From the NCBI GenBank assembly GCA_016618085.1, contig JABLTG010000002.1:248001-312000 (forward strand): a stretch of DNA of 64,000 nt. The letters are read 5' to 3'. The first letter of the stretch is position 1, and each line of letters begins with the position of its first letter. Both the position numbers and the translations under genes were made by a program. The notes below the pieces were generated by a model. It did not search any database. It was given only the letters and a program-made list of their open reading frames with translations, and was not told the DNA's origin. Below, piece after piece: positions 1 through 12,427 of the stretch. The stretch comes from Neovahlkampfia damariscottae. Taxonomy: Eukaryota.

Positions 1-227
1 TTCCAATTTTGGTGCTATGAATTTGGCCATTTTTTGAAGTCTGTATGTTTGTCTTTCAGGTGGTCTTTTTTTTTTAGTTTTTTTTTTTTTTACTTGTATT
101 CTGGATGTAAAGTGGTACATGCTTCAATTGTCGTTTTTTTACTGAGAAATTTACCACCTGGGCCTCTTGCTCTTCTTGTAGCATGTATATGTCTTGATTC
201 ATATTGATACTCTTTTCTCTTCACCAT
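1..227 (-). CDS. NF-YA/HAP2-like protein, N-terminal part; runs off the window start
   Basis: Not in the ORF track. ATG at 227 gives MVKRKEYQYESRHIHATRRARGPGGKFLSKK, matching the NF-YA DNA-binding motif (YLHESRHxHAxxRxRGxGGRF). Removing the GT-AG intron 65..93 keeps the frame open. Confidence 0.75.
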
Positions 228-278
228 GATTCGTAAAATCTGTTTGATGTTTTATCCAATCAAAAACTTTTTTAAATT

Positions 279-653
279 ATGAATCAGTTGGAAAAGAGAA
301 ATTGGAAAAAAGGTGAACTTTATATAGTTGGTACATTCACTTTATTTGTAATCATAAGTATTATATTTGTTGTTTCCGCACCAACAGGACCTCCATCAGG
401 AATGGAAGGAAGAATTGACTCATACAAGTCTGAAATGAGAGAAGAACCAATTCAACAACAACATGAAAAAGGATACAATCAAATAAAAAAACAAAAATTA
501 AAAAACAAATTAAAACAAATAAAAAAACAAAAAAAACAAAAAAAACAAAAATACAAACATGAAGGTGTTGGTGAACATTTAGAAAATAAAAAACAAAAAA
601 ATTTTGAAAATGAAAGACAACCTGATGAATATGAATCAAATGAAGAAGAATAA
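279..653 (+). CDS. small single-pass membrane protein with a Lys/Gln-rich tail
   Basis: 124-aa ORF with one hydrophobic segment (IVGTFTLFVIISIIFVV). Divergent from the NF-YA-like gene across a CCAAT at 256-260. Confidence 0.55.
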   Translation: MNQLEKRNWKKGELYIVGTFTLFVIISIIFVVSAPTGPPSGMEGRIDSYKSEMREEPIQQQHEKGYNQIKKQKLKNKLKQIKKQKKQKKQKYKHEGVGEHLENKKQKNFENERQPDEYESNEEE

Positions 654-691
654 ATGAAAACCTTAATGAAACATTTTGTTTACATATTTAT

Positions 692-1638
692 TCAATCAGA
701 ATCAAAATGAATATCAAAAGAATCATCTAAATTTTGTTCTTGTTCTTTTTTGAATTGTAAGATGTTACATTGAATTTCAACACTTTTGTATTCTTTTTTC
801 TTTTCATTTTTTAACTGTAATTCATTTCTTAATAGTTCAATCTCTTTTTGTAATGATAAATTTTCTGATTTCAAAATTAAACATCTTTCAAAAATTTCTG
901 TTTCTTTTTTTTTTGGTGAATTTTCATCACTAGAATCTTATTTTAAAGATAAACAAAATGAATTCAAATTTACCTGATATTTGAATTGGTTCATCTTCAA
1001 AAGAAATTTGTGATTGAATTTCTTGTCTTTGTTTTGGAGGTGTTGATTTTTTTGTTACCTCATCATTTGATATTCTACCAACAATTTCATAATATTCATA
1101 AACTTGTTTTGTCTTGTCAATTCCATCACTTTTTTTTGTGATTAGTTTATCAGTAATTACTCAATAAATATAACTTTGGATTTAGATTTTTTTTGTGATT
1201 TTTACTTTGATTTTGAGATTCTTTTTCTTGTTTTTCTTCCACTTGAGAAATAAACGAGTTTGAAGTTTTTTCAAAATCTTGTTGATCAATTTGAGAATCT
1301 ATTGAAGTATCACTATCCTCTGATGACTCTATTTCTTTTAACTCTCTTTTTTTTGGTCGTTCTTTTTTTTTTTTTTTAAACAATCGTTTTTTTTTACTGC
1401 TTAACGATAAAATATCAATTGATGTTTCTTGTGGTGGAAAATAATATTGTAATTGATTCTCTTTTGGTTTATCTTGTTTTTGTCGTTTTTTTTTTTCAAA
1501 AAAATCGGATTGTTTTTGTTGCAATGTGGTTTTTCCAACTTTAACTTTCCTCCTTATTCAAATAAATCATCTTAATATTACCTAACTCCACCTAAAAGTA
1601 AATAACTACCAGTCAACTTTACCTGTCCACCTGTTCAT
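692..1638 (-). CDS. HEIP1/REDIC1(C12orf40)-like meiotic crossover protein (spliced)
   Basis: Splicing introns 1592..1622 and 1553..1581 (10-nt exon 1582..1591) gives MNRWTGGVRRKVKVGKTTLQQKQSDFFEKKKRQ...SIDILSL, the family N-terminal signature. Two more introns and one apparent homopolymer frameshift near 1190. C-terminal coiled coil. Confidence 0.7.
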
Positions 1639-1701
1639 GAACGAAACTTGAAAATTGAAATAATTGGTCAAAAAAATCGTGTTTTGAGAAGAATTTTTTA
1701 T

Positions 1702-2626
1702 TCAAATAAATTCGAATATATTTTCAAATTCTCCTTCAATTGAGCATTCATTTGAACTTTGAAGAAAGTCTTCAAAACTTTCAAAAACTAAATTCTCCTT
1801 ATTTGAATTATCCACTTCTTCTTCCACTTCTTCTACTTCTTTTTGTCCACCTTCTTTCAATGAAAGAATATCAAGGTGATTTTCAAATGATTCTAAAAAC
1901 TGATCTTCCTTTTCAAATTCAACCACATCTTTTAAGTTTTGTAAATCATCTAAACTTTCGAAATTTTCAAATAAAACAATTTCTTTTGGCTTGACTTGTT
2001 TGACTTTGCTTTTCTCTTTATTGCTTTTCTTTTTATTGTTACATTTTCTTTTTACATCTGCCACTGCTATTGGAGAGAATGGTAAATCATCTTTTGACTT
2101 TCTTTTTGGCTTTTTTCTCTTATAATGGAATTCTTCTTCTTCATCATCTGTTTGATAGTAATTAAAAAGTTCTTCACTATCTAATGGTTCTTTTGAATCC
2201 CCTCTTTGTCTTTTTTTAAAATTGATTTCCAATTCCAATAAATTTAATAATTCTTCGAAACGATTAGCACAACAAAATGCTATGATGTTAAAATATTAAA
2301 TTAAATATACTTGTCTTTTCTGGAAAACTTGAAGAAATTAAATCAAAATTGCGACCTTGAGCAGAAACTTGTTTGAATAAAAGTACATCCTCTTCAATTG
2401 ACCATTTTGATTTCATTGCCAAAGTATTCTGGTATCTAGAATCTGAAGGTAAGTTTTGAAGAAGAATATCTTACAACAAGCTTCTGCTGAAAATTTTCCG
2501 CCCAGATATTCAGAAATGACTTGCCAGTCTGTCAGTTTAACAACTTTTAAGGCTTCCCACAACTTCTGGTCATCGTTCTTTTAAATTTTAGTTGCAATAA
2601 AAACAGTTTACCTTGCGCCAAATCAT
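1702..2626 (-). CDS. two-repeat Myb/SANT-domain protein with a charged C-terminal region
   Basis: Spliced: MIWRKNDDQKLWEALKVVKLTDWQVISEYLGG...RYQ...KWSIEEDVLL...NFDLISSSFPEKT...CANRF. Three GT-AG introns, then joins the 1702..2238 ORF. Confidence 0.75.
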
Positions 2627-2715
2627 TGGAAAAAAATTGGTTTTGGATTATTGGTTAATTTCGACAAATGAATTTCTTTTGATAAAATGATAAAATTGAC
2701 AAATCAAAGAAGTAT

Positions 2716-5125
2716 TTATTGCATTTGTTTACGTTTAGCCATAATTTGTGACATTAAGTCACCTCCACCTCCTCCTCCTCCCATTCCTCCTCCTGAGCTT
2801 GGTGATGAACTTCCTGGAATTTTTGCAGCACTGTCATCTCTTTTATCTTCATCAGCAACTTTTGCAAGTTTTTTAGCAGCTAATTGTTCAGCCAAATCTC
2901 CTCCTTTTGATCCTCCACTAAATCCTCCAGATTTAGTACCTCCTGATGATGGTGGTGGTGGTGGTGGAGGTGGTCCACTTGGTGGTCCTCCCATTGATGG
3001 TGGTCCAATTGATTGTTTAGGTAGTGCTGGTGCTTTTGGTGGACCTCCAGATGGTTTAGGTGGTGGTCCTGATGGCTTTGGTGGAGCTGATTTTGGAGGT
3101 GGACCTGTTGGTTTAGGTGGTGGTCCACTAGGTTTTGGTGGTGGTGCTCCAGATGGTTTAGGTGGTGGACCTGATGGTTTTGGGGGTGGTCCACTAGGTT
3201 TTGCAGGTGTTGGAGTATCTCCGCCCATTTTATTGCGTTTAGCCATAATTTGTGACATTAAGTCACCTCCACCTCCTCCTCCTCCCATTCCTCCTCCTGA
3301 GCTTGGTGATGATGGTGCTCCTGGAACTTTTGCAGCACTATCATCTTTTTTATCTTCATCAGCAACTTTTGCAAGTTTTTTAGCAGCTAATTGTTCAGCC
3401 AAATCTCCTCCTTTTGATCCTCCACTAAATCCTCCAGATTTAGTACCTCCTGATGATGGTGGTGGTGGTGGTGGAGGTGGTCCACTTGGTGGTCCTCCCA
3501 TTGATGGTGGTCCAATTGATTNNNNNNNNNNNNNNNNNNNNNNNNNNNNNNNNNNNNNNNNNNNNNNNNNNNNNNNNNNNNNNNNNNNNNNNNNNNNNNN
3601 NNNNNNNNNNNNNNNNNNTGTTCAGCCAAATCTCCTCCTTTTGATCCTCCACTAAATCCTCCAGATTTAGTACCTCCTGATGATGGTGGTGGTGGTGGTG
3701 GAGGTGGTCCACTTGGTGGTCCTCCCATTGATGGTGGTCCAATTGATGGTTTAGGTGGTGCTTTTGCTTTTGGTGGACCTAATATATTGTTAAAATGAAA
3801 CAAATCAAACCTGAAGTTGGTTTTGGTGGTGGTTTTGAAGGTGGTGGTCCACTAGGTTTTGCAGGTGTTGGAGTATCTCCACCCATGTTATTGCGTTTAG
3901 CCATAATTTGTGACATTAAGTCACCTCCACCTCCTCCTCCTCCCATTCCTCCTCCTGAGCTTGGTGATGAACTTCCTGGAACCTTTGCAGCACTATCATC
4001 TCTTTTATCTTCATCTGATACTTTATCAAGTTTTTTAGCAGCTAATTGTTCAGCCAAATCTCCTCCTTTAGAGCCTCCACTGAATCCTCCACCAGAACTT
4101 TTAGATGGTGGTGGAGGAGGTGGTGGTGGTCCTCCTGGTCCTCCTGATGGAGGTGGCCCTGGTGGTCCTAAAACAAAGATGTTTAAAATAAAGAATATGT
4201 CTTACCTTTTGATGGTGGTGGACCTCCTGTAGGTTTTGGTGGTGGACCTCCAGATGGTTTTGGTGGTGGTCCTCCTGTTGGAGCTCCACTTCCACCTGAT
4301 GATGGTGGTGGAGGTGGTAAATCCAATGAAGAACCTGGTCCAGGAAGATCTAAACTTGGAGGAGCTTCCATACCTCCTGGAATTGATAGTTCAGGTGGTC
4401 TTTCCATTTCAGTTTTTTCTGAATCTTCATCACTTTCATATTCAACTGGTGCTCTCATGGATTGAGTACTGTAGAAAGTTTGACGACTACTTTGAGTTGA
4501 ACTACTTTTAGTTGCACTTCCTAAACTAACACCAACTTTTGAATAAGTATCCCAGTTAATAAATCCATCAACTTTTGATTCATCAATTGCAGGTTCAGGT
4601 ACTGCAAAATTTAAAAAGGGTTTTTTTTTTTTACATTTAACTTTTTTGTATTTTTTTGATCTAACAATTTTCTTTGGTGCACTAAAACGTGTTAATTCTT
4701 CCACACCAGCATTTGTACGTAATTGTTTGAGTCTTGAAGCAACACACGAGACTTCAATACCAACACGGTCAACTTCTTGTGATTGTACTTCTAACATATC
4801 AAGTACCAACATGCTTGTTTTATCCACATAATAAATAACGTTCTGTGAAAATTAAAAAATAAAAAAAAAAAATACTGTGAAAGCATTATCAACAAATTGT
4901 TCTGTTTTTTTGTAAGAATCATCTTTTGATTGATTCAAGTAAATATTATTACTGAAGTTGTTAATTTTTTTTTTTTAGAACCAGTAAGCTATAATATCAC
5001 TAATTTTTTTAGTGGTTTCATTCTATGGATGATATGATGAATAATATAATAGAGTTTACTAAATGTTGGAGATTTTCTGGAATCTCTTTGTTCAATTGAT
5101 TGAACAATTGTTCGTTGTCAGACAT
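2716..5125 (-). CDS. ABI: Abi (Abl-interactor, WAVE-complex)-like protein with a Pro/Gly-rich tail and tandem WH2/VASP-like actin-binding repeats
   Basis: Spliced N-terminus MSDNEQLFNQLNKEIPENLQHL...IIAYCNNIY...VLDMLEVQSQEV...INWDTYSKVG aligns by eye with the Abi N-terminal domain. The tail repeats GGDLAEQLAAKKLAKV and GGGDLMSQIMAKR. Spans an N gap. Confidence 0.75.
2730..4130. repeat. coding tandem repeat, unit about 0.5 kb, at least four GAB-like copies; assembly gap 3522-3618
   Basis: Near-identical DNA blocks (tgttcagccaaatctcctcct...) at about 2885, 3392, 3619 and 4047. The N run lies between copies. Confidence 0.85.
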
Positions 5126-5258
5126 CACCAAATTTTAAGTGATTTGATTGGATACTTTCTGGGTATTTATAAACTCAGTAACCAATCAAAACTTTGAAGA
5201 AAAAGAAAAAAAAAATTAGAAAATACCAGATTACTAAAAAACATGGTTACAATAAAAT

Positions 5259-5845
5259 TTAATCAATAATTTTCCATAAAATATCTGTTTTTTTTGTTAT
5301 TTTTGTTTTCGAATCAATGGTATTCAAATAGTATTCAAATACATGACAATATCCCCAACAAAACTGATTATTTTCCAATTCTGATTCATCAATTATTTCC
5401 ATTCTTCCTTCTAAACATGAATCTTTGGTGAATCTCTCCAATAAATCTTCAGCTACTTCACAAACAAAAACATTTGAGAGAAAATTATAATTTGGTTTGT
5501 TTGGTATTGGAACATCCAATTCAAATGTTGAGAAAAATTTGGAGTTTTGAATGATCTCTTCTGAAATATTTGGTAATTCTTCTTGTAATTCTCTACGTAG
5601 GGTATCCAATGGTCTTTGATCTTCTTTTTCAGAATTTCCACCAAAAAGACAGAGAGTACTTGCAAAATCTCGAACTAAAAAAAATGAGGTTTTTTCATTT
5701 TTTTACCATGATAATCTTCCGTCTTTCTTTGGACTAAAAATTTTTTTTGTTTTGTGTTTGTTGTTATAATTACACTTGAAGCTTTGTTCATATTTCTTGA
5801 CAAAATTTCTTCCATCTCTTCATGTATCTCCTGAATCATTTGCAT
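5259..5845 (-). CDS. NUDIX hydrolase
   Basis: After one intron: FGGNSEKEDQRPLDTLRRELQEELP (Nudix box). Alternative start at 5914. Confidence 0.75.
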
Positions 5846-6054
5846 TTTGTTCGGAGTTGGCCGGAAAAACGAAATCAACCAATCATTAAAATTCCTTAGT
5901 ACAAAATATGACATTATCAAAAAAAATTAAAATTATTTAATTTAAACAAAAATATCTAAATTTGATTTTGATTCTTTGAACCTTCTAAAAAAAGTTGATT
6001 TTTTTAGGAGAAAACCAATCATTTTCATTTTCTAGCTTAACAAAAACTATCAAA

Positions 6055-6366
6055 ATGAACGTTGATAAATTTCCTGTCCCAGGTGGTTTCTCACAACCAA
6101 AAGATAAAACTGATGAAGTTCAAAGTATCGCTGAACAAATGCAATCACAAGTTGAAGAAGCAATAGGTCAAAAATATCGTAAATATGAAGTGACACGTTT
6201 TCATACACAAGTTGTAAGTGAATATAAATTTTCATAACTTCAAAAGGTTGCTGGATTGAATTATTTAATTTACATTAATGTTGACGAAGATGCTTTGATT
6301 GAATTAAAAGTTTACAAAGATTTACAACAAGTTTGTCATTTCAAACATGCAAAATTATGCCAATAA
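6055..6366 (+). CDS. cystatin/stefin cysteine-protease inhibitor
   Basis: N-terminal PGG; the QVVAG motif is restored by splicing one GT-AG intron (caagtt|gtaagt...aaaag|gttgctgga). Confidence 0.85.
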
Positions 6367-6794
6367 ATTTTTTGTTTCGGAATTGTTTTGTCATTTGGTT
6401 TTTCAGTTGTGTTAAATTTTTTCTTGGCAAAGGTTTATCAATAATTTCAAAGATTATTTTTTTGAAGTTTCTTTTTTTTTTTATTTTTGAGAATAATACA
6501 TCATTAAACAAATTTTCTTTCAATTTTTGTTCAACATTTTTAATTTCTTTTCATTTCAGCTCCAAATTTCGTTGTGAATGAGAAAAACAAAAAGGAAACT
6601 AATTCTTAAATAATTGAACTAGTTCTTTTGTAATTTGATGTGACCCCTAAAATAGTTCATTTTAATTGTTTTTTTTAATTTTTCTTCATCGAATAAAAAA
6701 AAAAAATGATTGGTCCAAAAATTTCCAGATATTTATAATTTTGAACAATTTGATTGGTGTATTCTGTTTTCACTTTAAACAATACAAGTCAGCC

Positions 6795-7571
6795 ATGGGT
6801 AAAGTTATTAGAGGTCAAAGAAAAGGAAAGGGTGGTATTTTCGCTACTCACTCAATCCATAGAGTTGGAAAACCATCACACAGAAGAATGGATTATTCAG
6901 AAAGACACGGTTACATCAAAGGAGTTGTAAAATCAATTTTCCACGAATCCGGTAGAGGAGCTCCATTAGCTGAAGTATCATTCAGACATCCATATAAAAA
7001 CAGAAAAACAACTTCAAACTTTTTAGCAGTTGAAGGTATGTACTCTGGACAATTCGTATACTGTGGAAAAAAAGCTTCACTTACAATTGGAAACGTCTTA
7101 CCATTAAAAAACATGCCAGAAGGTACTGTTGTATGCAACATTGAACAACATTTTGGAGATAGAGGTAGAATTGCAAGAGCTTCAGGAGAATCAGCTATTA
7201 TCATCGGACACAACCCAGAAACTGGAAAAACAAGACTTAAATTACCATCAGGTTCAAAAAAATCATTCCAAAGTGAATGTAGAGCTACAGTTGGTGTTAT
7301 CGCTGGAGGTGGTAGAACTGAAAGACCTATTTTGAAAGCTGGAAACCAATATTACAAATTTAAAGCAAAAGGTAGAAAACTTTGGCCTATTGTTCGTGGT
7401 GTTGCTATGAATCCAGTAGAACATCCACATGGTGGTGGTAACCATCAACACATTGGACATCCTTCAACTGTATCTAGACTTACATCTGCTGGTAGAAAAG
7501 CTGGTCTTATCGCTGCTAGAAGAACAGGTATTATTAGAGGAGGAAAAGGTGCAAGAGGAGACAAAGATTAA
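6795..7571 (+). CDS. RPL8: 60S ribosomal protein L8 (uL2)
   Basis: [11 protein letters not shown]...[22 protein letters not shown]; intronless. Confidence 0.97.
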   Translation: MGKVIRGQRKGKGGIFATHSIHRVGKPSHRRMDYSERHGYIKGVVKSIFHESGRGAPLAEVSFRHPYKNRKTTSNFLAVEGMYSGQFVYCGKKASLTIGNVLPLKNMPEGTVVCNIEQHFGDRGRIARASGESAIIIGHNPETGKTRLKLPSGSKKSFQSECRATVGVIAGGGRTERPILKAGNQYYKFKAKGRKLWPIVRGVAMNPVEHPHGGGNHQHIGHPSTVSRLTSAGRKAGLIAARRTGIIRGGKGARGDKD

Positions 7572-7627
7572 AAGGATTAAAATTTTTTATTCTTTCTACA
7601 TTCCTTTCTTTTTATTTTGTATTTGTT

Positions 7628-9461
7628 TTAATATAAACCATTGAATTGAAATCCATCAGTTGAAAAATCTAAAATTGCTGGATCTTGAATATGTTGTGAA
7701 TCTTGAAATAAACTTCTTTTTGCTTGTTGTTGTTGTTGTTGTTGTTGTTGTTCTGGTTGTTTCTTTAAAAGTGAAAGTAATTTTGATGATGCATTATTAT
7801 TCTTATTCATGTGACTTGCAGTTTCAAAATCTTCAAAACTGAATTGATTACTTCCAAAATCATCTTCATGTTCCTCTTCAAAATTCAAATTTACACTTGA
7901 CAACAAATTTGAAAAATTATCTTGTGTGTGGTCATTTTGTTGTTTTTGTTTTTGTTGTTGTTGACTACCAAAACCTTTTAAAAAATAAAAAAAAAAAATA
8001 ATTTCATACCAAAAGAGTTTTGAGCAAATTGAAATCTTGATTGTTTTCTATTTGAGTTGAAGCTTCTGAATCCAAAAGCATCAAAATCATCAATTGATGA
8101 AAATGATTCTGAATCTCCAAATGAGTCAAATGAAGAATTGAATGAGTTTCCATAAGTTGGTGACATATTAACATTTGGTATATTAAGAGGTTGTGTTGTT
8201 GTTTCTGATTTTGTTTTTGGAAAATGAAGTTGAATTGGTTGACTTTTCTCTTCTTTATTTTCTACATTCCATTCTTGAGGTTTTTTTGGTTCGACAGGTG
8301 CTCCACTTCCCCTATAACAAATATTTTTAATCATAAACTAGTTTTACCATTGTGCTGTTGAAGGTAATGAATTACTTTGTTGACCTTGAAATATTGTTGG
8401 TTTAGCTCTTGCCTCAGGTGCTTTCTTTTCTACTGGTTCTTCTTCATATTCTTCATATTCATCTTCTTCATCATCTGTATAATATTCATGTGAACCTTCA
8501 TCATCGTTTGGATTTTGTGAAACAAAGTTCCAAACATGTTTTTCAACTGGATTTTTATTTGGATAATACTCTTCTAATTTTTCAATTTTACTTGGAACAG
8601 GTAAACCATTTCTTTGAAAAAGTTATGTGTTAAAAAAAAAAAAAAAATACTTCAAGACAATGTCTTCTTTGTTGTAAGTGTCTTCTTCTGCAGCATAATC
8701 ATGGAGATACATACAATCAGGATTTGCACATTCTACACCTCTTAAAAAGTAAGAACAATATTTAGTTGTTCCAAAAGAAGCTCTTAAAAGTTTACCATCA
8801 AGCCAAGTGCCATCAATAGCTTGAATACAAGCAGCAGCATCTTCAGGTCTTGCATATGTAATATAAGCACTAACTGTAGGAGCTCTAGTTGTATCAGGAG
8901 ACTTTGTAGCAGTTTGTAAATTACTCTTGTTTATAACCACTTTTGCCAACTTTCCAAACTTTGAAAAATTATCATTTCTTCGTAGGAACTAAATAGCTTT
9001 TAATTGTTTTTTTTTTTTACATCTTCTTTTGCAACCTCCAAAGTGAGTCCAACGACATAAACTAAATTTCTTTGAATAACTCTAACATTTGTCAATTGTT
9101 TTCTGGAAGTAACTTTGATAACTCTTTTTTTTGCTTTTTTGTCACCTTTCAGTTTACTTTTTTTTTTTGAAAATTAAAAAAAAAAAAAAATACTCTTGTG
9201 TTTCGTCTGAAGGAGCAACGAAATTTAATTGTTGTTGATCATATGTTCTACGACAATTTGGGCATCTTTCAGGGCCCTTTTCATTCAGTTTATGCCAACA
9301 CCAAATACAAATCTTATTTTTAAAAAAAAAAAAAAAAAAATTACTTGATATCCACAAGAACAAGGTTTAAAATTTAAATCATCAGGTTCTAATATTTCTG
9401 TACAGAGCGGACACTCTGGTTCTTCATATTCATCATCACTTTCTAAATATTTAAGAGACAT
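7628..9461 (-). CDS. CNOT4: CCR4-NOT subunit 4 RING-RRM E3 ligase
   Basis: Spliced C4C4 RING CPLC...CSCGYQICIWCW...CPNCRR; VRVIQRNLVYVVGL RRM; ASFGTTKYCSYFL...CMYLH. Confidence 0.92.
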
Positions 9462-9560
9462 ACTTTTGCTTTATCAACTTTAACTGAATTGATCCTCGAG
9501 GATTCCTATAGGCTAATATTGACAAATCAAAATTAAAAAAATTTATTTTTCTTCTCAAGC

Positions 9561-12023
9561 TCAAAATTGATGAAGTTTTTCAATCACACGTTTTACTTCA
9601 CTCTTAGAAACTTCATTGTAATTAGAAAGTTCCATAAAGAAATGACAGTTCCCCTAATTGGTTAAAAAAAAAATATTTTTACACTTGTCATTTTTCTGAG
9701 TGCTGTACTATAACCTATTAATGAAGACAAAGGTACATTTGCTGATATTATATTTTCATTATTTTCATAATCAATTTTTGTAATGTTTCCTCTTCTAGTT
9801 CCACTTAAATCTTGTGTTACCATTCCCATCAAAGAATTATCAATCATTATTTCAACATCCATCACAGGTTCAAGTAACATAAATGATTCATCATCTGGTG
9901 AAATATTTAAAATTTCATCCATTAAATGAAATGCACATGCAGTTAATGAAGCACGATTGACAGGTTTTTTATTTCTATCATTGAAACTTCCTCCGATGAT
10001 TTTTACGGTTACATCTTCAATTGCAAATCCTAATTTTGAACTTCCTCTTTTAAAGTATCCTTCAATAGCTGTTTTAACAGATCCTATTAATTCTGTAAAT
10101 TTCTTTTCAGTTGGTTGACATAAATGAGGTTGTAATTCAATTTTGATTTTATTTCCTTTTCCTCTTTTTGATGGTTGAACTATGAAAATCAATGATGCAT
10201 CATAATTGTTATTTCCAATTTTTTTCATGTAATGATATTTCTTTTGAATTTTTTTAGTTATAGTTTGACGATAAGAAATTTCAACTTCACCAGGTGAACA
10301 TTCAATCTTAAATTCACGTTTAAGTCTGTCTTGAATAATATCCAAATGCAATTCACCTTGTCCACTGACTAAAGTTTGACCTGTTTCAGCATTCAATTTA
10401 ACATATAAAGAAGGATCCTCTTTTTGCAGTATCTCTAAAGCTTCTTCAAGTGGTTGTTGAAAACTAACTGAATCAGGTTCTATTGAACAAAAGAAAACAG
10501 AACTTGGTATTTCTACACCTTCTAAAGCAACAGGACTGTCTTTCATATTTTCACTTAAAATAGTGTCACCTTGTGGTAAAATTAAATTTTTTTTTGAAAA
10601 AAACCTGTTGATGTTTCTTTGAGACCAACAGCAACTGCAATATTTCCAGCAGAAACTGATGATATTTCTTGAGGTACATTAGCTTGCATTTGCAACAATT
10701 TTGTAATTCTTTCAGATTTATCAGTAATTGGATTATAAATTGTTGTTTTGTTATTCAAAACACCAGAATATATTCTCAAGAAAACTAATAATCCCATTTG
10801 TTTATGAAATATAACTTTGAAAGCTAATGCACATAATGATTTCTTTTCATCAAATTTAATTTCAATCAAGTCTCCAGATTCATTCACTGCTTTTGGAAGT
10901 GGAATTTCATCAGGAGATGGTAAATATTCAACAATTGCATTCATCAAAGGTTGAACACCTAATAAGTTTAATAATATAAAAATCAAAAATTCACCTTTGT
11001 TTTTATATGAAGACCCGCATAAGACAATCACTCCAGTTTGTGCAATTGTCACTCTTTTTAAAGCTTGTTTGATTTCTTCTACAGAAATATTACCTTCTTC
11101 CAAATAAATATCACCAAATTTTTCATCAATATTTGCTAAATTTTCAATTAATTCTTGTCTTTTTTCAAGTACAAGATTATATTGTTCTTTGTCTTCTGAT
11201 TCATCAAATTCATTGACAATCATGTTTGCACCTTTATCATGATCATCTTTCCAAGTTAATTTTTTCATTTCAACAAGATCTATGATTCCAGAGAAGTGGT
11301 CTTCTTCTCCAATTGGAATTTGACAAATCAATGGAAAACATCTCAATTTGTCAATCATCGATTTTACACTCTTTTCAAAATTTGCTCCATTTTTATCCAT
11401 TTTATTCACATATGCAATTCTAGGTACTTTATATTTACTTGCTTGTCTCCAAACTGTTTTTGTTTGAGCTTCAACACCTGTTACTGCGTCAAAAATAGCA
11501 ACAGCTCCATCTAATACACGCACAGCTCTCTCTACTTCAACTGTAAAGTCAACTGAAAAAATAAAAAAAAAAGTAAAATAAACCATGTCCAGGTGTGTCT
11601 ATGAATTAATAATTTTGAACATACCAATCAAATTAATTCTATAATCTTTCCATGGAAATGTGATAGCAGCTGATGTAATTGTAATTCCTCTTTCTCTTTC
11701 TTGATCCATATAATCAGTCACAGTGTCTCCATGGTGAACCTCTTTAAAAAGTTCATTTTTAGAAATTGTGTTTACCTCCTACAAAATGAGATACACCTGA
11801 ATAATATAACATTCTTTCAGTTGTAGTAGTTTTTCCTGCATCAATATGAGCAATAATTCCAACATTCTAATGATTTTTTTAATTTTATATTCAAGTACTC
11901 TGATTTGTTTTGGATTTATCAAATACTCTATTTTTTTTAACAAATTTTGGATTTACGTATTGAATTTATATCAGTATTGTATTTCCTGAAATTGATTTTC
12001 TTCTTCAAAATTCTTCGCAGCAT
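9561..12023 (-). CDS. GFM2: mitochondrial elongation factor G2 / ribosome-releasing factor 2
   Basis: Basic presequence [56 protein letters not shown]...GQGELHL; multiple tiny introns. Confidence 0.88.
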
Positions 12024-12074
12024 TATTTTTTTTTTTGAAGTGGAAAAAATCAACACTTAATTATCCAATAGAAA

Positions 12075-12335
12075 ATGTCTTTGGTAGAAAATGTTTTCGA
12101 CATTTATAATGAGAATTTGTAAGAGTTATCTATATTAATCAGACTCAGAGCTTCAAAATATAAATCCAAAATGTTCAAATTTTTTGCTTATTTCATTGTT
12201 TTTGGTCTTGGAATTGTCTCCAAACATTTTTCAAAATATTTTTTTTTTCAATATGTGGGTGACACCAATAAACGAATTATTGACTTTAAAAGAAAAGAAG
12301 TTGATTTGCTTTTATCAAACACTTACAAGAATTAA
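12075..12335 (+). CDS. putative small (about 75 aa) single-TM protein, spliced
   Basis: ATG 12075 plus one GT-AG intron gives MSLVENVFDIYNENL..ASKYKSKMFKFFAYFIVFGLGIVSK...NTYKN*. Not in the ORF track. Confidence 0.35.
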
Positions 12336-12427
12336 AAAAACAAAATTTAGAAAAAGTCAACTGCAAAATTTCAAATTTTCATTATTACAGATGATAAAGC
12401 TCTTTTTAATAATAAAAATAAACCGTT

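Noticed and set aside
2687..4232. Long plus-strand Gly/Pro ORFs and His-rich alternative frames
   Set aside because: Shadows of the low-complexity Abi repeat region on the minus strand.
6333..6581. Short ORFs on both strands between cystatin and RPL8
   Set aside because: No ATG or splice model and no recognisable motif.
7724..7752. (TTG)n microsatellite
   Set aside because: It simply encodes a polyGln tract in CNOT4.
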